Shown in pieces: positions 18,303 to 28,928 of a DNA stretch of 64,000 nt. The stretch lies in the IMG/VR virus record IMGVR_UViG_3300030103_005758. One strand, written 5' to 3'. This DNA is from an uncultured virus (IMG/VR IMGVR_UViG_3300030103_005758). Its lineage: Duplodnaviria > Heunggongvirae > Uroviricota > Caudoviricetes. Each line of letters opens with the position of its first letter. Positions within the stretch are counted from its first letter, which is position 1. A program made the translations under genes and the position numbers. The notes under the pieces were generated by a model, which was given only the letters and a program-made list of their open reading frames with translations, was not told the DNA's origin and ran no database searches.

Positions 18303-20405
18303 ATGGCTAGAAAAAAATCCAATCCAAACCAATTAGATCTTTTTAAGGATTCAGTTGAAAGTTTAGGACAAGAATTTGATAGAGTATCCGAAAGTATTGC
18401 CGATGCTATTTTTAATAAAATTAAAAAAGCAATTGATGCAACTGATGATAGCTCTAAACAATTTTTACAAAGGTTTAAAAGAAACGTTAAAGCTATAGCA
18501 GATAGTAGTGGGGCTTTACTAGATATAGAACAAAAATTAGAAGCTGGATCAGCTAGAACAAATGATTTCCAAAGAGCTGAACTAAAACTTTTAAAACAGA
18601 AATCTGTAATTAAGCAAGCTTTAAAAAAAGCACAGTCTGAACAAATTAACCTTTCAGAAACTTTAGTAAAAGCAGCCAATGAGGAATTAGCAGTTTTAAA
18701 TGCAGAAAAAGATTCACTAGGTGATTTAAAAACTATATTTGAAGAAACAAATAAGGAATCAACTTTCTTTTCTACTTTATTATCAGGAGCGGGTAAAGCC
18801 TTAAATAATTTAGGTATAGATAATCCTTTTTCTACAATTAAGGATAATATGTCCTCTATTAATCAAGAATTAGTTTTTCTTGAATATCAATTAGATACTA
18901 ATAAGGAACTTTCTGAAGAAGATGTTGAGTTATATAACCAACGAATTCAAGCTTTAAAAGGACAAAGAGGTTTATTTAATCAATTTGTAATTGCTTTACA
19001 ATCATCTCTTACCCCTGCTAATGTATTACAAGGACTGATCACGGGTACAGTAGCTTCAATGGGAGCTATAAACGCAGAACAAGTTAAATTTCAAAGGCTT
19101 ACTGGAGAAGGTGTAAAAAATTTATCATCTATTAGATTAGAAGCATCTACTCTTGTTGATGTACTAGTGCAAGCTACCTCAGCTGCTGAACAATTTGGAT
19201 TTAATATTCAAGATACTATAAGTGCCCAAAATATAGCAGCAGCTTCAGACTTAGTTGAAGGATTGGGACTATCAGCTGAAGAAGCAAATAAATTATTACT
19301 TCTTACTGAGGCACAAGGTCTCAATTTGATGGATGTTGCAAGTGCTGCTAATGATGTATTAGATCCTTCTATTTCAACAAAGGCTGTATTTCAGGACATA
19401 GTAGCCAGTTCAGCTCAAACAAAAGTTTTATTTGCCTTTAATGCTGAGGCAATGGCTAAAACTGCTAGTGATGCAAGATTACTAGGGTTAAATTTATCTA
19501 ATATTGAAAAAATATCTAAAAGTATTTTAGATATTGAATCTAGTATTGCAGCAGAATTTGAAGCAGAAGTATTAACAGGCCAGCAATTAGAGTTAAGTAG
19601 AGCAAGAATGTTTGCTTTACAAGGAGATCTTCAAGGTGTAACTGAAGAATTAGCTAAAAATCAAAAATTATTTAATGATTTTAGTGGTATGAATGTTCTC
19701 CAACAAGAATCTATTGCTAATGCATTAGGACTAGGTGTTGATGAATTATCAGAATCCATATTATTACAAAAAGAATTAAGTAAGCTATCAGAAACAGAAA
19801 GAAAAAGAAAAAGAATTGATGAAAAAATAGCATTAACTGCAAGAGAAAATATAACAAAATCTATTCAAAGTATAACTCAACAAATAGCTATATTAATAGA
19901 ACCTCTTGTAAGAGGATTTGAAGGAGCTCTTAAATTTACTAATTTATTAATTGATGGGGTTAAAGAATTAAAAATCCCTTTAATAGCTCTTGGAACTTAT
20001 TATGGTATTGTAGCTCTTAGAGCCCAGGCAGCTGCTATTAGTACTATGATTACAACATTTAGTTTAGCTAAATTTAACCCTTTATTTATTGGTCTTGGTA
20101 TAGCGGGTGCTTTAGCAGCAGCCGGGGCTGTAAGACAAGCTAATCAAAGAGGAGTAGTTCCATTAGCTGAAGGTGGTGTAGTAACCTCTCCAACTTTTGC
20201 ATTAATTGGAGAAGCGGGACCTGAGGCAGTTATACCATTAGATAGAGGTGGAAGAAATTCTATGTTATCATCTGCTGATATTAATGCTATCGCAAAAGCA
20301 GTAAGAGAAGGAGCATCACAAGCGCAAATTAACTTAGATGGTGGTAGGGTATCAAATAGATTACAACCATCATTAGCAGTTAATACAAGGAAATACTCAA
20401 TATAA
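18303..20405 (+). CDS. Tape measure protein
   Basis: Long helical Ala/Leu-rich protein with a hydrophobic segment and 'LAEGGVV..PT.ALIGEAGPEAVIPL'. Confidence 0.8.
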   Translation: MARKKSNPNQLDLFKDSVESLGQEFDRVSESIADAIFNKIKKAIDATDDSSKQFLQRFKRNVKAIADSSGALLDIEQKLEAGSARTNDFQRAELKLLKQKSVIKQALKKAQSEQINLSETLVKAANEELAVLNAEKDSLGDLKTIFEETNKESTFFSTLLSGAGKALNNLGIDNPFSTIKDNMSSINQELVFLEYQLDTNKELSEEDVELYNQRIQALKGQRGLFNQFVIALQSSLTPANVLQGLITGTVASMGAINAEQVKFQRLTGEGVKNLSSIRLEASTLVDVLVQATSAAEQFGFNIQDTISAQNIAAASDLVEGLGLSAEEANKLLLLTEAQGLNLMDVASAANDVLDPSISTKAVFQDIVASSAQTKVLFAFNAEAMAKTASDARLLGLNLSNIEKISKSILDIESSIAAEFEAEVLTGQQLELSRARMFALQGDLQGVTEELAKNQKLFNDFSGMNVLQQESIANALGLGVDELSESILLQKELSKLSETERKRKRIDEKIALTARENITKSIQSITQQIAILIEPLVRGFEGALKFTNLLIDGVKELKIPLIALGTYYGIVALRAQAAAISTMITTFSLAKFNPLFIGLGIAGALAAAGAVRQANQRGVVPLAEGGVVTSPTFALIGEAGPEAVIPLDRGGRNSMLSSADINAIAKAVREGASQAQINLDGGRVSNRLQPSLAVNTRKYSI

Positions 20406-20434
20406 AATATTTATAACAAACAAAAATTAATATT

Positions 20435-20860
20435 ATGGCAATTTTAAATGATTACAATAACCCTAAAAGTGGTCTAGGATCACTAATTAGATTTAAACAG
20501 GGACAAGTAACCCCTGCTGGAAATACTTATATAGCTTATGGTAGAAATGATGAAACTGCCCTATATAGTTCAGCTTTACATAACGAGTATTCTACAATTG
20601 GGAATCCTAATGTAGATCTTACTAGTACCCTTTATAATTCATCACAGAAAAAACCATCCCAAAATTTAGATTTATCACCTAATCCTATTGGAGATGCTAA
20701 AAGTGGATTTCAACAAAAATATCTCCCTAATCAGGAAAAAACTTATGAAGAACAAGTAAGAGAAGCGGATAATGTAGGTAGAGCGGGTACAGTAAGTAGA
20801 ACTTCTGCGGGCAATAGAAATAGTGGAGATGGAAAAAATGTAGGTGGTAATAGACAATAA
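20435..20860 (+). CDS. Hypothetical virion protein
   Basis: TATTTATA motif upstream; in tail module. Confidence 0.55.
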   Translation: MAILNDYNNPKSGLGSLIRFKQGQVTPAGNTYIAYGRNDETALYSSALHNEYSTIGNPNVDLTSTLYNSSQKKPSQNLDLSPNPIGDAKSGFQQKYLPNQEKTYEEQVREADNVGRAGTVSRTSAGNRNSGDGKNVGGNRQ

Positions 20861-20874
20861 ACCAAAAATAAATA

Positions 20875-22725
20875 ATGTCTATAAGACAACTATATAATAA
20901 CCCTGACAATTTTGTATTTAATTCTAAGGATAGCAAATATAGTAAAGATATTAGAGGTGGTGGTTTTACAGGACAACCTTTTGTAAAAAGGTCAGCCCCT
21001 GAAACTATAAACCAATTAAATTCTTTAACTACAGAGGCTCTTAGTTTAGATTTTCCTATTCGTGGTGGTTCATACGAGGAACTTGCTGCTAGGGAAGATT
21101 TTGCTAGGATTGATAGATTCTTATTATCTTACCCCGAGGGTAAAGCCTTTTTAGACAAACAAAAAGGATTAATGTTCTCTAACCCTAAAATGGAAACAGG
21201 CCAGTCAGGTGGGTTTGCTAATACTAGGGCGTATAGTGATGGAAGGAATTTAATGACACAGATTGCTGAGGGAGGAACCGGTTTTCATCATCCAAACGCA
21301 GGATCAACTGTCAATGATTTAGAGTTTACACAAAACAAATATGAATATACTGTTGCCCATAAACCTACAAAGTTAAATAGATTAGTTAGCTTAACTACTT
21401 TTAAAATTAATAATACAGCGGTTGGTGATAGTAATTTTGATACTGCTATAGCAAGGGAGCTAGGAATTAATACATTTAATGAGGGCGAATTGTTCTTCTA
21501 CCCAGGTGGACCTAGTTCTGTTTATGGATTAGGACAAACAATAATTAAAAGAGCTACAGATAGTTTAGGTGCCCCCATTAATACACAAAATGCTCCAACA
21601 TTTATAGGGCCTAATTTTACAAAAGATGTAAAAGGAAACATTATTCAAGCTAGACCTATAACAGAAATCAATTTCTCTAATTTATTAGGATTATCACCCA
21701 CATTTAACATCACTGATAAGGATAACGCTATAGAAAATGGAGATATAGGTACTTTAGCTCAACAAGATTCGGGTGATTATATTAGAGCAAATAGAAACCC
21801 AAACGGAGATGTTGTATTATTTAATAATTTTATGGGTTATGATAGAATTAGGGAAAGACAACAATTATTACCTGGAACTTTAGGAATTACTGATTTTAGA
21901 AATGATGTAATTAATTCAAGTGGTGTGGCTAAAAGTGATTATACTAGTAATAATATTACTACTAGAGTTGGTGTAGGTGACCCTGGAGCTAGACCTGCTA
22001 ACCTAAGAACAAAAATAAATGACCCATTTATCCCAGGTCAGGATTTTATTAATACTACTGATATTCAAACTAGAGATGATGCGGATGGTATTGGTGGTTT
22101 TCCTAAAGATTTAGTTAAATTTGCTTTTGAAACTATAAACAATGATAAAACTGATACTACTACAGCAACATTTTTTAGAGCATTTTTAACAGGATATAGT
22201 GACAGTCATAATGCTGAATGGTCTCCAAGTCGTTATACAGGTAGAGGAGAAAATTTTTACACATACCAAGGATTTGATAGAACAGTTAATTTCAATTTTA
22301 AAGTAGCTGCACAATCAAAACAAGAAATGAAATTTATATATAAAAAATTAAACTATCTATTATCAACTTTACATCCAGATTATAATACGGCTGGATTTAT
22401 GAGGGGTAATATTACTAAATTAACTATAGGAGATTTATTTGTTAGAACACCCGGTATATTAGAATCGTTACAATTAAGTGTTGATGATCAATACGCTTGG
22501 GAAATAGCAATGGGTGATGAAAGTAAAGATATGTTAGAAACACCACAAATAATGGATGTAGGTGTTCAATTTAAACCAATACTTAATGTTTTACCAAGAA
22601 CAGGTATAAGTTCACCTATATTAATAACAGATCCAAATAACAAATATCTTAATAATAGAGATAATTCAGGAACTTTAGTAGGATCAATAGGAGCAATAGG
22701 AAGAGCTTTTGCAACATTTAATTAA
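20875..22725 (+). CDS. Baseplate/tube-initiator-like protein
   Basis: C-terminal 'FRAFL...SDS..AEW...Y.GRGE.FYTY.GFDR.V.F.F' tube-fold signature. Confidence 0.6.
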   Translation: MSIRQLYNNPDNFVFNSKDSKYSKDIRGGGFTGQPFVKRSAPETINQLNSLTTEALSLDFPIRGGSYEELAAREDFARIDRFLLSYPEGKAFLDKQKGLMFSNPKMETGQSGGFANTRAYSDGRNLMTQIAEGGTGFHHPNAGSTVNDLEFTQNKYEYTVAHKPTKLNRLVSLTTFKINNTAVGDSNFDTAIARELGINTFNEGELFFYPGGPSSVYGLGQTIIKRATDSLGAPINTQNAPTFIGPNFTKDVKGNIIQARPITEINFSNLLGLSPTFNITDKDNAIENGDIGTLAQQDSGDYIRANRNPNGDVVLFNNFMGYDRIRERQQLLPGTLGITDFRNDVINSSGVAKSDYTSNNITTRVGVGDPGARPANLRTKINDPFIPGQDFINTTDIQTRDDADGIGGFPKDLVKFAFETINNDKTDTTTATFFRAFLTGYSDSHNAEWSPSRYTGRGENFYTYQGFDRTVNFNFKVAAQSKQEMKFIYKKLNYLLSTLHPDYNTAGFMRGNITKLTIGDLFVRTPGILESLQLSVDDQYAWEIAMGDESKDMLETPQIMDVGVQFKPILNVLPRTGISSPILITDPNNKYLNNRDNSGTLVGSIGAIGRAFATFN

Positions 22726-22726
22726 T

Positions 22727-23026
22727 ATGGCAAGAAGGTACGAAAATATAGGAACATATACTACAGATGATGGTAAAGTAATTTTTTTACCAACTAAATA
22801 TCCTTCCGTTGAAACTTCAAATGATGATTTTTATATTATAACTCAAGCTACGGATAGATTAGACTTAATAGCTTCTGATTTTTATGGTGATTCTACATTA
22901 TGGTGGGTAATTGCTATGGCAAATGATTTACCCGGTGATTCATTATTTACAACACCTGGCTTTCAATTGAGAATACCTGGTAATTTAGATAATGCTATTC
23001 AAGAGTTTAACACTTTAAATTCTTAA
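22727..23026 (+). CDS. LysM-like baseplate wedge protein (gp53/gpX-like)
   Basis: 'DRLDLIASDFYGDSTLWWVIAMAN...G.QLRIP'; ATG at 22727 preferred. Confidence 0.8.
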   Translation: MARRYENIGTYTTDDGKVIFLPTKYPSVETSNDDFYIITQATDRLDLIASDFYGDSTLWWVIAMANDLPGDSLFTTPGFQLRIPGNLDNAIQEFNTLNS

Positions 23027-23032
23027 AATGTT

Positions 23033-25441
23033 ATGGCAAATTTTAAAAATATAATAGGTTCGGGTTTTCCAGAATACGTAAATAACCAATTAAAAAAAAG
23101 ATCTGAAATATTAAATACTGCTAATCGTAGTAATAATATTCTTCAATATTTAACTAATCGTAATGTTTGGTTTAGGTTAAGTTCTAGTGTTGATGTAGGA
23201 GGTTCTAAGGAACTAGCTAGAAATAACGTTTTACAGGGAGGAACTTTAAATAAAAATGGGACTATAAAAAAAGGATTTAATGAAACCTATAAAAAAGGTA
23301 CTGATGATGATTTAGGTTTTAAACCTATGCCTGGTATTACTAATATATCAATAGGTACAGGAGGTAAGTGGCAAACATTAATGCAGGCAGATATAGAGTT
23401 TGTTTGTTATGATTTAGAACAATTAGATATAATGACTAAACTTTATATGAGTTTAGGATATACTGTATTTTTAGAATGGGGCCATTCAAATTATTTTACA
23501 ACTAATAATAGTGTTGAAAAATTTGAAGTAAATGCTTCTGCTATCTCTAATTTTTTTAATTTAAATAATAAAGATGAATTATTAAAACGAGCAACCAAAG
23601 AAAGAGATAATAAAGATGGAAATTATGAATGTATGTTAGGTACAGTTAATAATTTTGATTGGACGGCTAATAATGACGGTTCTTATAATTGCAAAATACA
23701 AGTAATGGGTGCGGGTGGTTTAGTTGAATCTTTAAAAATTAATACTTCTAGTGGTGTTAATTTTAATAATTTAATAGATGATGAAGATACTAACGCAGAT
23801 TTTGCTTCAGATTTAGAAAATATACTTACTACACTCAAAAAATTCTTTGAAGATAATTCAGGAATAGTACAAAAATCAACAACTTCATTTCAAGCTGGTA
23901 CAGGAACAGTAACTGTTGATACAGTTGAAGGATTGTTTAAAGAAATTCCACTTAGTCAAGAAGGAACCATAATTGAAAATAATAGAGAAAGAATAATTAC
24001 TTATAGTGCTCTTTTAAATCAAATATATGAATTTACTTCTTATCCTGGTCCACAATTTGGTAGAAGTATAGGTAGAACATCATCATCACTTGGAAATAAT
24101 AATATTAATAAAGGAAATGCCCACCAAGTACTTTCGGGAATAGGTACTGCTTCTTCTATTAAACCAAGCTTATACCATGGTTATATTTCTAATACAGTAA
24201 TAGATAATGATAAAACTTATTTTCAAACTTATATTACATTAGGACATTTATTTACATTAATTCAACATATAGGTATATTTACAGAAAATAGTGGAAATGT
24301 AGCAAAACCTGTAGTATATTTAGATTATAACCCTGATAATACTATAATAAAAGTAAATAAACTACAAGGAAGTATAGATCCTTCTAAATGTTTAATTCCT
24401 TTCAATCAAAAATTCGATGATTTTTTTAATCCAATTAAAGAAAATTTCCCATCAAAATTTAACCAAAGTTATTCTTTAAAAAAAGGTGTAATACCTAGCT
24501 TTGAAGGTAAATTATTTAATGTTTTAGTAAATTTAGATTTTATTATTGATTCTTTAAAAGGATTATCACAAGGTAGTGATGATAAAGAAGTAAATTTACT
24601 AGATTTTATAACTAAAATTTTAGATGGAATTAATGTTTCTTTAGGAAAAATAAATTCTTTTAGACCCTTTTATGATAAAGATAGTAATTGTTTAAGAATT
24701 ATTGATGAACATGTTTTACCTGATTCTAAAGAAAATAAAATAATAACAATACCAAATCTGGGTACTAAATCTATAGTTTATGATTATAGTTTTAACACTA
24801 AAATTACTCCTAAATTTGCAAGCCAACTAATAATTGGAGCACAAGCTAGTGGAAAAGATGTAAAAGAATTTTCAAGTGAGGTATTATCATATCAATACTT
24901 AAATATAGGTACAAAAGATAGATTTGCAACAATAAAAAAACCTAGCATAAATCCAAAAATTGATCTTCCTGTTGAAAAAAGTGCATTAAAACCTTTCTTT
25001 AGATTATTTCAACTTCTTACAAGGATTTATAGTTTTGATAATGTAAGAAAAAGTAGTATAGATAGTCTAACTACTTTATTTAATGATATTTTAAATAGAA
25101 ATACAAAAATCCCAAAATATAACCCATATGATAATTTTGGTACTAGGACTAAACGTTTATTACTAGGAATAACCCCTAGCCCGTTACTAAAAAATGAAAA
25201 TGATGAAGCAACAGAAGATAAATTTGTAACTCCTACTTTAATATTACCTATAGAATATAGCATTAAAATAGACGGAATATCCGGTATTTTACCTTATAAT
25301 TTATTTAGAATACCAGATAATAGATTACCTAAAAAATATAGGGGCAAAATTGATTTTGCAGTTTTTTCAATAAATCATGAAATAGAAAGTAATAAATGGT
25401 ATACTATACTAAGAGGAATAGCAGTACCTAGAAATAAATAA
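23033..25441 (+). CDS. Baseplate hub protein
   Basis: 'PMPGIT', 'GYTVFLEWGHS', 'GISGI', 'INHEI...W.T'; follows LysM gene. Confidence 0.6.
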   Translation: MANFKNIIGSGFPEYVNNQLKKRSEILNTANRSNNILQYLTNRNVWFRLSSSVDVGGSKELARNNVLQGGTLNKNGTIKKGFNETYKKGTDDDLGFKPMPGITNISIGTGGKWQTLMQADIEFVCYDLEQLDIMTKLYMSLGYTVFLEWGHSNYFTTNNSVEKFEVNASAISNFFNLNNKDELLKRATKERDNKDGNYECMLGTVNNFDWTANNDGSYNCKIQVMGAGGLVESLKINTSSGVNFNNLIDDEDTNADFASDLENILTTLKKFFEDNSGIVQKSTTSFQAGTGTVTVDTVEGLFKEIPLSQEGTIIENNRERIITYSALLNQIYEFTSYPGPQFGRSIGRTSSSLGNNNINKGNAHQVLSGIGTASSIKPSLYHGYISNTVIDNDKTYFQTYITLGHLFTLIQHIGIFTENSGNVAKPVVYLDYNPDNTIIKVNKLQGSIDPSKCLIPFNQKFDDFFNPIKENFPSKFNQSYSLKKGVIPSFEGKLFNVLVNLDFIIDSLKGLSQGSDDKEVNLLDFITKILDGINVSLGKINSFRPFYDKDSNCLRIIDEHVLPDSKENKIITIPNLGTKSIVYDYSFNTKITPKFASQLIIGAQASGKDVKEFSSEVLSYQYLNIGTKDRFATIKKPSINPKIDLPVEKSALKPFFRLFQLLTRIYSFDNVRKSSIDSLTTLFNDILNRNTKIPKYNPYDNFGTRTKRLLLGITPSPLLKNENDEATEDKFVTPTLILPIEYSIKIDGISGILPYNLFRIPDNRLPKKYRGKIDFAVFSINHEIESNKWYTILRGIAVPRNK

Positions 25442-26340
25442 TGGCTTATATACCTAAATCTCTTACTAATAATAATTTATTCACTAATGGTGGGGAATTT
25501 ATCGACTCTACTGGTAAACCATATAGTGGATTTTATCATTCACTATTTAATGGTCAAGTTTATAGTGGAAAAACACCACTAGATCCAACAAGACAACTTT
25601 TAAGTGTACCCCCTAAGGATGAATCTCCAAATCAAGTCCTAAATACATCTACTAATTTAGAATATTCTAATTTACGTCCTCAAAACCAAGAGTTATTTGA
25701 ATATGGTAAAAATCCAACTTCTTTTATTCCACAACCTAAGGGTAAAGATTATCAAAGAGGACAAATTGAAAGATATTTTGCTAAAAAAAGAAATGAATCA
25801 CCATCTCGTATATTAGAAATAAATCAATCAACCTATAATGATATAATTACACAGAGTGGAGAGTATAATTATGCTTTATGGCAGGTAGTAAAAATATTTT
25901 GGAAAATATCTGGCCCCCTTAATGATACAAGGAATCCAAATGGAGTAGTTACTGCAGGAATTGTGGATACTAATGAAAGATTAGTTAACTTTACTAATAA
26001 AGAATTTAGAGGTATAAAAGAATATTTATCTAATTTAATTCAATTTGCAGTTAGACCAAATTTAGAATTAATTTCTAACCAATATACTAGTGGAAATCAA
26101 TTAACAGTTAGAAAAGATAATAGTAATTACATAGGTAATTACCACATAATGGCAGATGGAACAATAATGGATAAGGAAACACATGGAAAATCCAAAGGTA
26201 CAATTCTTCTACCAGCTAATGTGGTTGTTCAAAAACAAATTAATACATTGATAAATGAAGCATTAGGAAATCTTGGTGCAACACCAAACCAATCTTTAGA
26301 TACATTTAATATATCTAATTTAAGTTATGGTGCTACGTAA
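25441..26340 (+). CDS. Hypothetical virion/baseplate protein
   Basis: 'T.GGEF...Y.G.YH' repeated, 'DY.RG.I.RYFAK'; end of structural module. Confidence 0.55.
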   Translation: MAYIPKSLTNNNLFTNGGEFIDSTGKPYSGFYHSLFNGQVYSGKTPLDPTRQLLSVPPKDESPNQVLNTSTNLEYSNLRPQNQELFEYGKNPTSFIPQPKGKDYQRGQIERYFAKKRNESPSRILEINQSTYNDIITQSGEYNYALWQVVKIFWKISGPLNDTRNPNGVVTAGIVDTNERLVNFTNKEFRGIKEYLSNLIQFAVRPNLELISNQYTSGNQLTVRKDNSNYIGNYHIMADGTIMDKETHGKSKGTILLPANVVVQKQINTLINEALGNLGATPNQSLDTFNISNLSYGAT

Positions 26341-26358
26341 AGTTATGAATAAAAGGTT

Positions 26359-27657
26359 ATGTATTATATTGTTGAGACAGAGGAACAATTAAATAGATTA
26401 TATTGTTCGGGTGATGAGTGTTATATAAAAATCATTCCTATGAATGATGAATATCACTCTGCTTTAACTTCACCATGTTTAATATATTTTAAAACTTTTA
26501 AAGGTAAAGGATATGTATTTCCAATTAATCATTCTGAAGCATTTAGATTAGATTTTAATAAAGTAATAGAATGGATAGAAAGTAAATATGAAAAAATTTA
26601 TATTACAAATAAAAAAGAATGTTTATATTTCTTTGATTCACCTAAATTAATAGACATACCTTATGACAACAACAACTTGGATTATACTCCTATTAGGTCC
26701 CGTACTTATGATAAGTATGGACATTTACCGTTCTGTACTTCCTTGGTACCAATCTCAAAAATTTACGAGCAAGAAGAAAAAAACTTCGAAGAAATTAGAG
26801 AAAAAATCCCAACAAAAGTAAATAAATTTTATAATGATACTTTTCCAAAAGTATTTAAATTAATAGAAGAACAAGGGTTAAGAATTCACCCGGATTATTT
26901 TGATAAACACTTTAAATATCATGAAAAAGAATGGTTTATTCATGGAGAAACAGTGTATACTAAATATAACTTATACAACCTTACTACTCGTCCAACTAAC
27001 TCCTTTAACGGTGTTAACTTCGCTGCTTTAAATAAAAATGATGGTTCAAGAACTGCATTTATCCCTAAAAATGATATGTTTTTTGAATTTGACTATGATG
27101 CTTACCATGTTAGAATATTAGCTAATTTAATAGGATTTAAACTGGATAAAAAATCAGTACATAATCAGTTAGGTAAAATGTATTTTAATAAAGAAGAACT
27201 AACTGATAAAGAATATGCTAAATCTAAAGAATTAACCTTTAAACAATTATATGGGGGTGTATTTAAAGAATATAAAGAAATACCATTCTTTAAAGCAATG
27301 AATGAATATGTTGAAAAATTATGGGAATTATTTAATGCTACAGACAAATTAGAGTTAGTAGGAGGAAAAATACTAACTAAAGAACAAATACAAAACCCAA
27401 CACCTAATAAAATATTGAATTACATGATACAATCAGCAGAAACACATAATAATGTTATTTCTGTAAGAAAAGTAATAGATTATTTGGATAATAAACAAAG
27501 TAAAGTTATATTATACACCTATGATTCATTCTTAGTTGATTATTCTTTAGTAGATGGTAAAGAGGTTTTAAAAGAAATTAAAAAATTATTAGAAAATAAC
27601 AAATACGTTGTAAAAGTTGCATATGGTAATAATTACAATTCTCTAAAATATATATAA
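26359..27657 (+). CDS. Short family-A DNA polymerase
   Basis: 'TTRPTNSF..VNF', motif A 'EFDYDAYHVR', motif B 'KELTFKQLYG', 'NYMIQS', motif C 'YTYDSF'. Confidence 0.8.
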   Translation: MYYIVETEEQLNRLYCSGDECYIKIIPMNDEYHSALTSPCLIYFKTFKGKGYVFPINHSEAFRLDFNKVIEWIESKYEKIYITNKKECLYFFDSPKLIDIPYDNNNLDYTPIRSRTYDKYGHLPFCTSLVPISKIYEQEEKNFEEIREKIPTKVNKFYNDTFPKVFKLIEEQGLRIHPDYFDKHFKYHEKEWFIHGETVYTKYNLYNLTTRPTNSFNGVNFAALNKNDGSRTAFIPKNDMFFEFDYDAYHVRILANLIGFKLDKKSVHNQLGKMYFNKEELTDKEYAKSKELTFKQLYGGVFKEYKEIPFFKAMNEYVEKLWELFNATDKLELVGGKILTKEQIQNPTPNKILNYMIQSAETHNNVISVRKVIDYLDNKQSKVILYTYDSFLVDYSLVDGKEVLKEIKKLLENNKYVVKVAYGNNYNSLKYI

Positions 27658-27665
27658 TATTTATC

Positions 27666-28082
27666 ATGGATTACGAAATTAATTTTGAAGATTTGGCAAA
27701 TAAACTATTTTGCACATTTACCACGGAGGAAAGCCTAGGATCAACTGTAGATACTATAAAAGACCAATATCAAATACTTTTTAATAAAATATTTGTATTA
27801 TATGTAGAATCTACAAAAGAATATGTTTGTACATATAATGTTGATTCATTTAATATGTCTAGTAAAATACTAGATAATACAATTCTTTTACATAGAAAAA
27901 AAGAATCCAATACTTTATATACTATTAATGCACTTAATGATTTAATTCGTTCTTTAAATAGTGGTGAATTAGATACTAATTATAGAGTAAATTGGCAAGA
28001 CTACAGAAATTGCATCTTATTAACCACGGGTGGTGAGTTAAAAAAATTAGATACAAAAATACATGAGATCCTTACATTTTAG
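27666..28082 (+). CDS. Hypothetical protein
   Basis: Intact ORF upstream of SSB. Confidence 0.7.
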   Translation: MDYEINFEDLANKLFCTFTTEESLGSTVDTIKDQYQILFNKIFVLYVESTKEYVCTYNVDSFNMSSKILDNTILLHRKKESNTLYTINALNDLIRSLNSGELDTNYRVNWQDYRNCILLTTGGELKKLDTKIHEILTF

Positions 28083-28144
28083 TTTGGATATCATAAATTA
28101 AGTTATTACATTATCAACCGTTTCAAATTAAAAAAAGTTATATT

Positions 28145-28924
28145 ATGGATTTAAAATTAATCTCAAGCAAGTTAGAACAATTACAGACCAAACCTGGTCA
28201 AAACAACAATCAGAAATTTGACAGAAGTCAATATTTTTGGAAAGCACCTATGGGTAAATCACAAGTTAGATTTGTCCCTTATAAGGAAAATAAAGAAAAC
28301 CCATTTACTGAAGTTTTCTTTCATTATGGAATAGGAAGTAGAACAATGATCTCACCAATTAATTATGGTGATAAAGATCCTATTGTAGAATTTTCTAAAG
28401 AATTAAGAAAAACATCTGAACCTGAAAATTGGAGGTTAGCTAAGAAATTAGAACCAAAAATGAGGGTATTTGCTCCTGTAATAGTTAGAGGGGAAGAAAA
28501 TAAAGGTGTTAGATTTTGGGAATTTGGAAAACAAGTATACCAAGAATTACTAAGTTATGCAGCAGACGAAGATTACGGTGATTTTACTGATGTAGTCTCT
28601 GGTTTAGATATGACAGTAGAAGTAGTTCAAGGTAATCCTTACCCACAAACTTCACTTAGAGTAAAACCAAAACAATCAGTTTTATCTGATGATAATGCTG
28701 AAGTTGAAAAATGGTTATCTGATCAACCTGAATTATTAAAATATTATAAAAGGGTTTCTTATGATGATATGAAAACAGCACTTCAGGATTGGTTAAACCC
28801 AGAAGATACTACTACAGATACTCCAACTACAACAACTACAGAAGGAGATACTGGTTATACTTTGAATGTTAAACAAAAAGAATCGTTCAACGAGGACGAA
28901 TTCGACGATTTATTTAAAGATTAA
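28145..28924 (+). CDS. Single-stranded DNA-binding protein (gp32-like)
   Basis: 'FWK...G...VRF.P', 'GVRFWEFGKQVY', acidic tail 'DEFDDLFKD'. Confidence 0.85.
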   Translation: MDLKLISSKLEQLQTKPGQNNNQKFDRSQYFWKAPMGKSQVRFVPYKENKENPFTEVFFHYGIGSRTMISPINYGDKDPIVEFSKELRKTSEPENWRLAKKLEPKMRVFAPVIVRGEENKGVRFWEFGKQVYQELLSYAADEDYGDFTDVVSGLDMTVEVVQGNPYPQTSLRVKPKQSVLSDDNAEVEKWLSDQPELLKYYKRVSYDDMKTALQDWLNPEDTTTDTPTTTTTEGDTGYTLNVKQKESFNEDEFDDLFKD

Positions 28925-28928
28925 TTAA

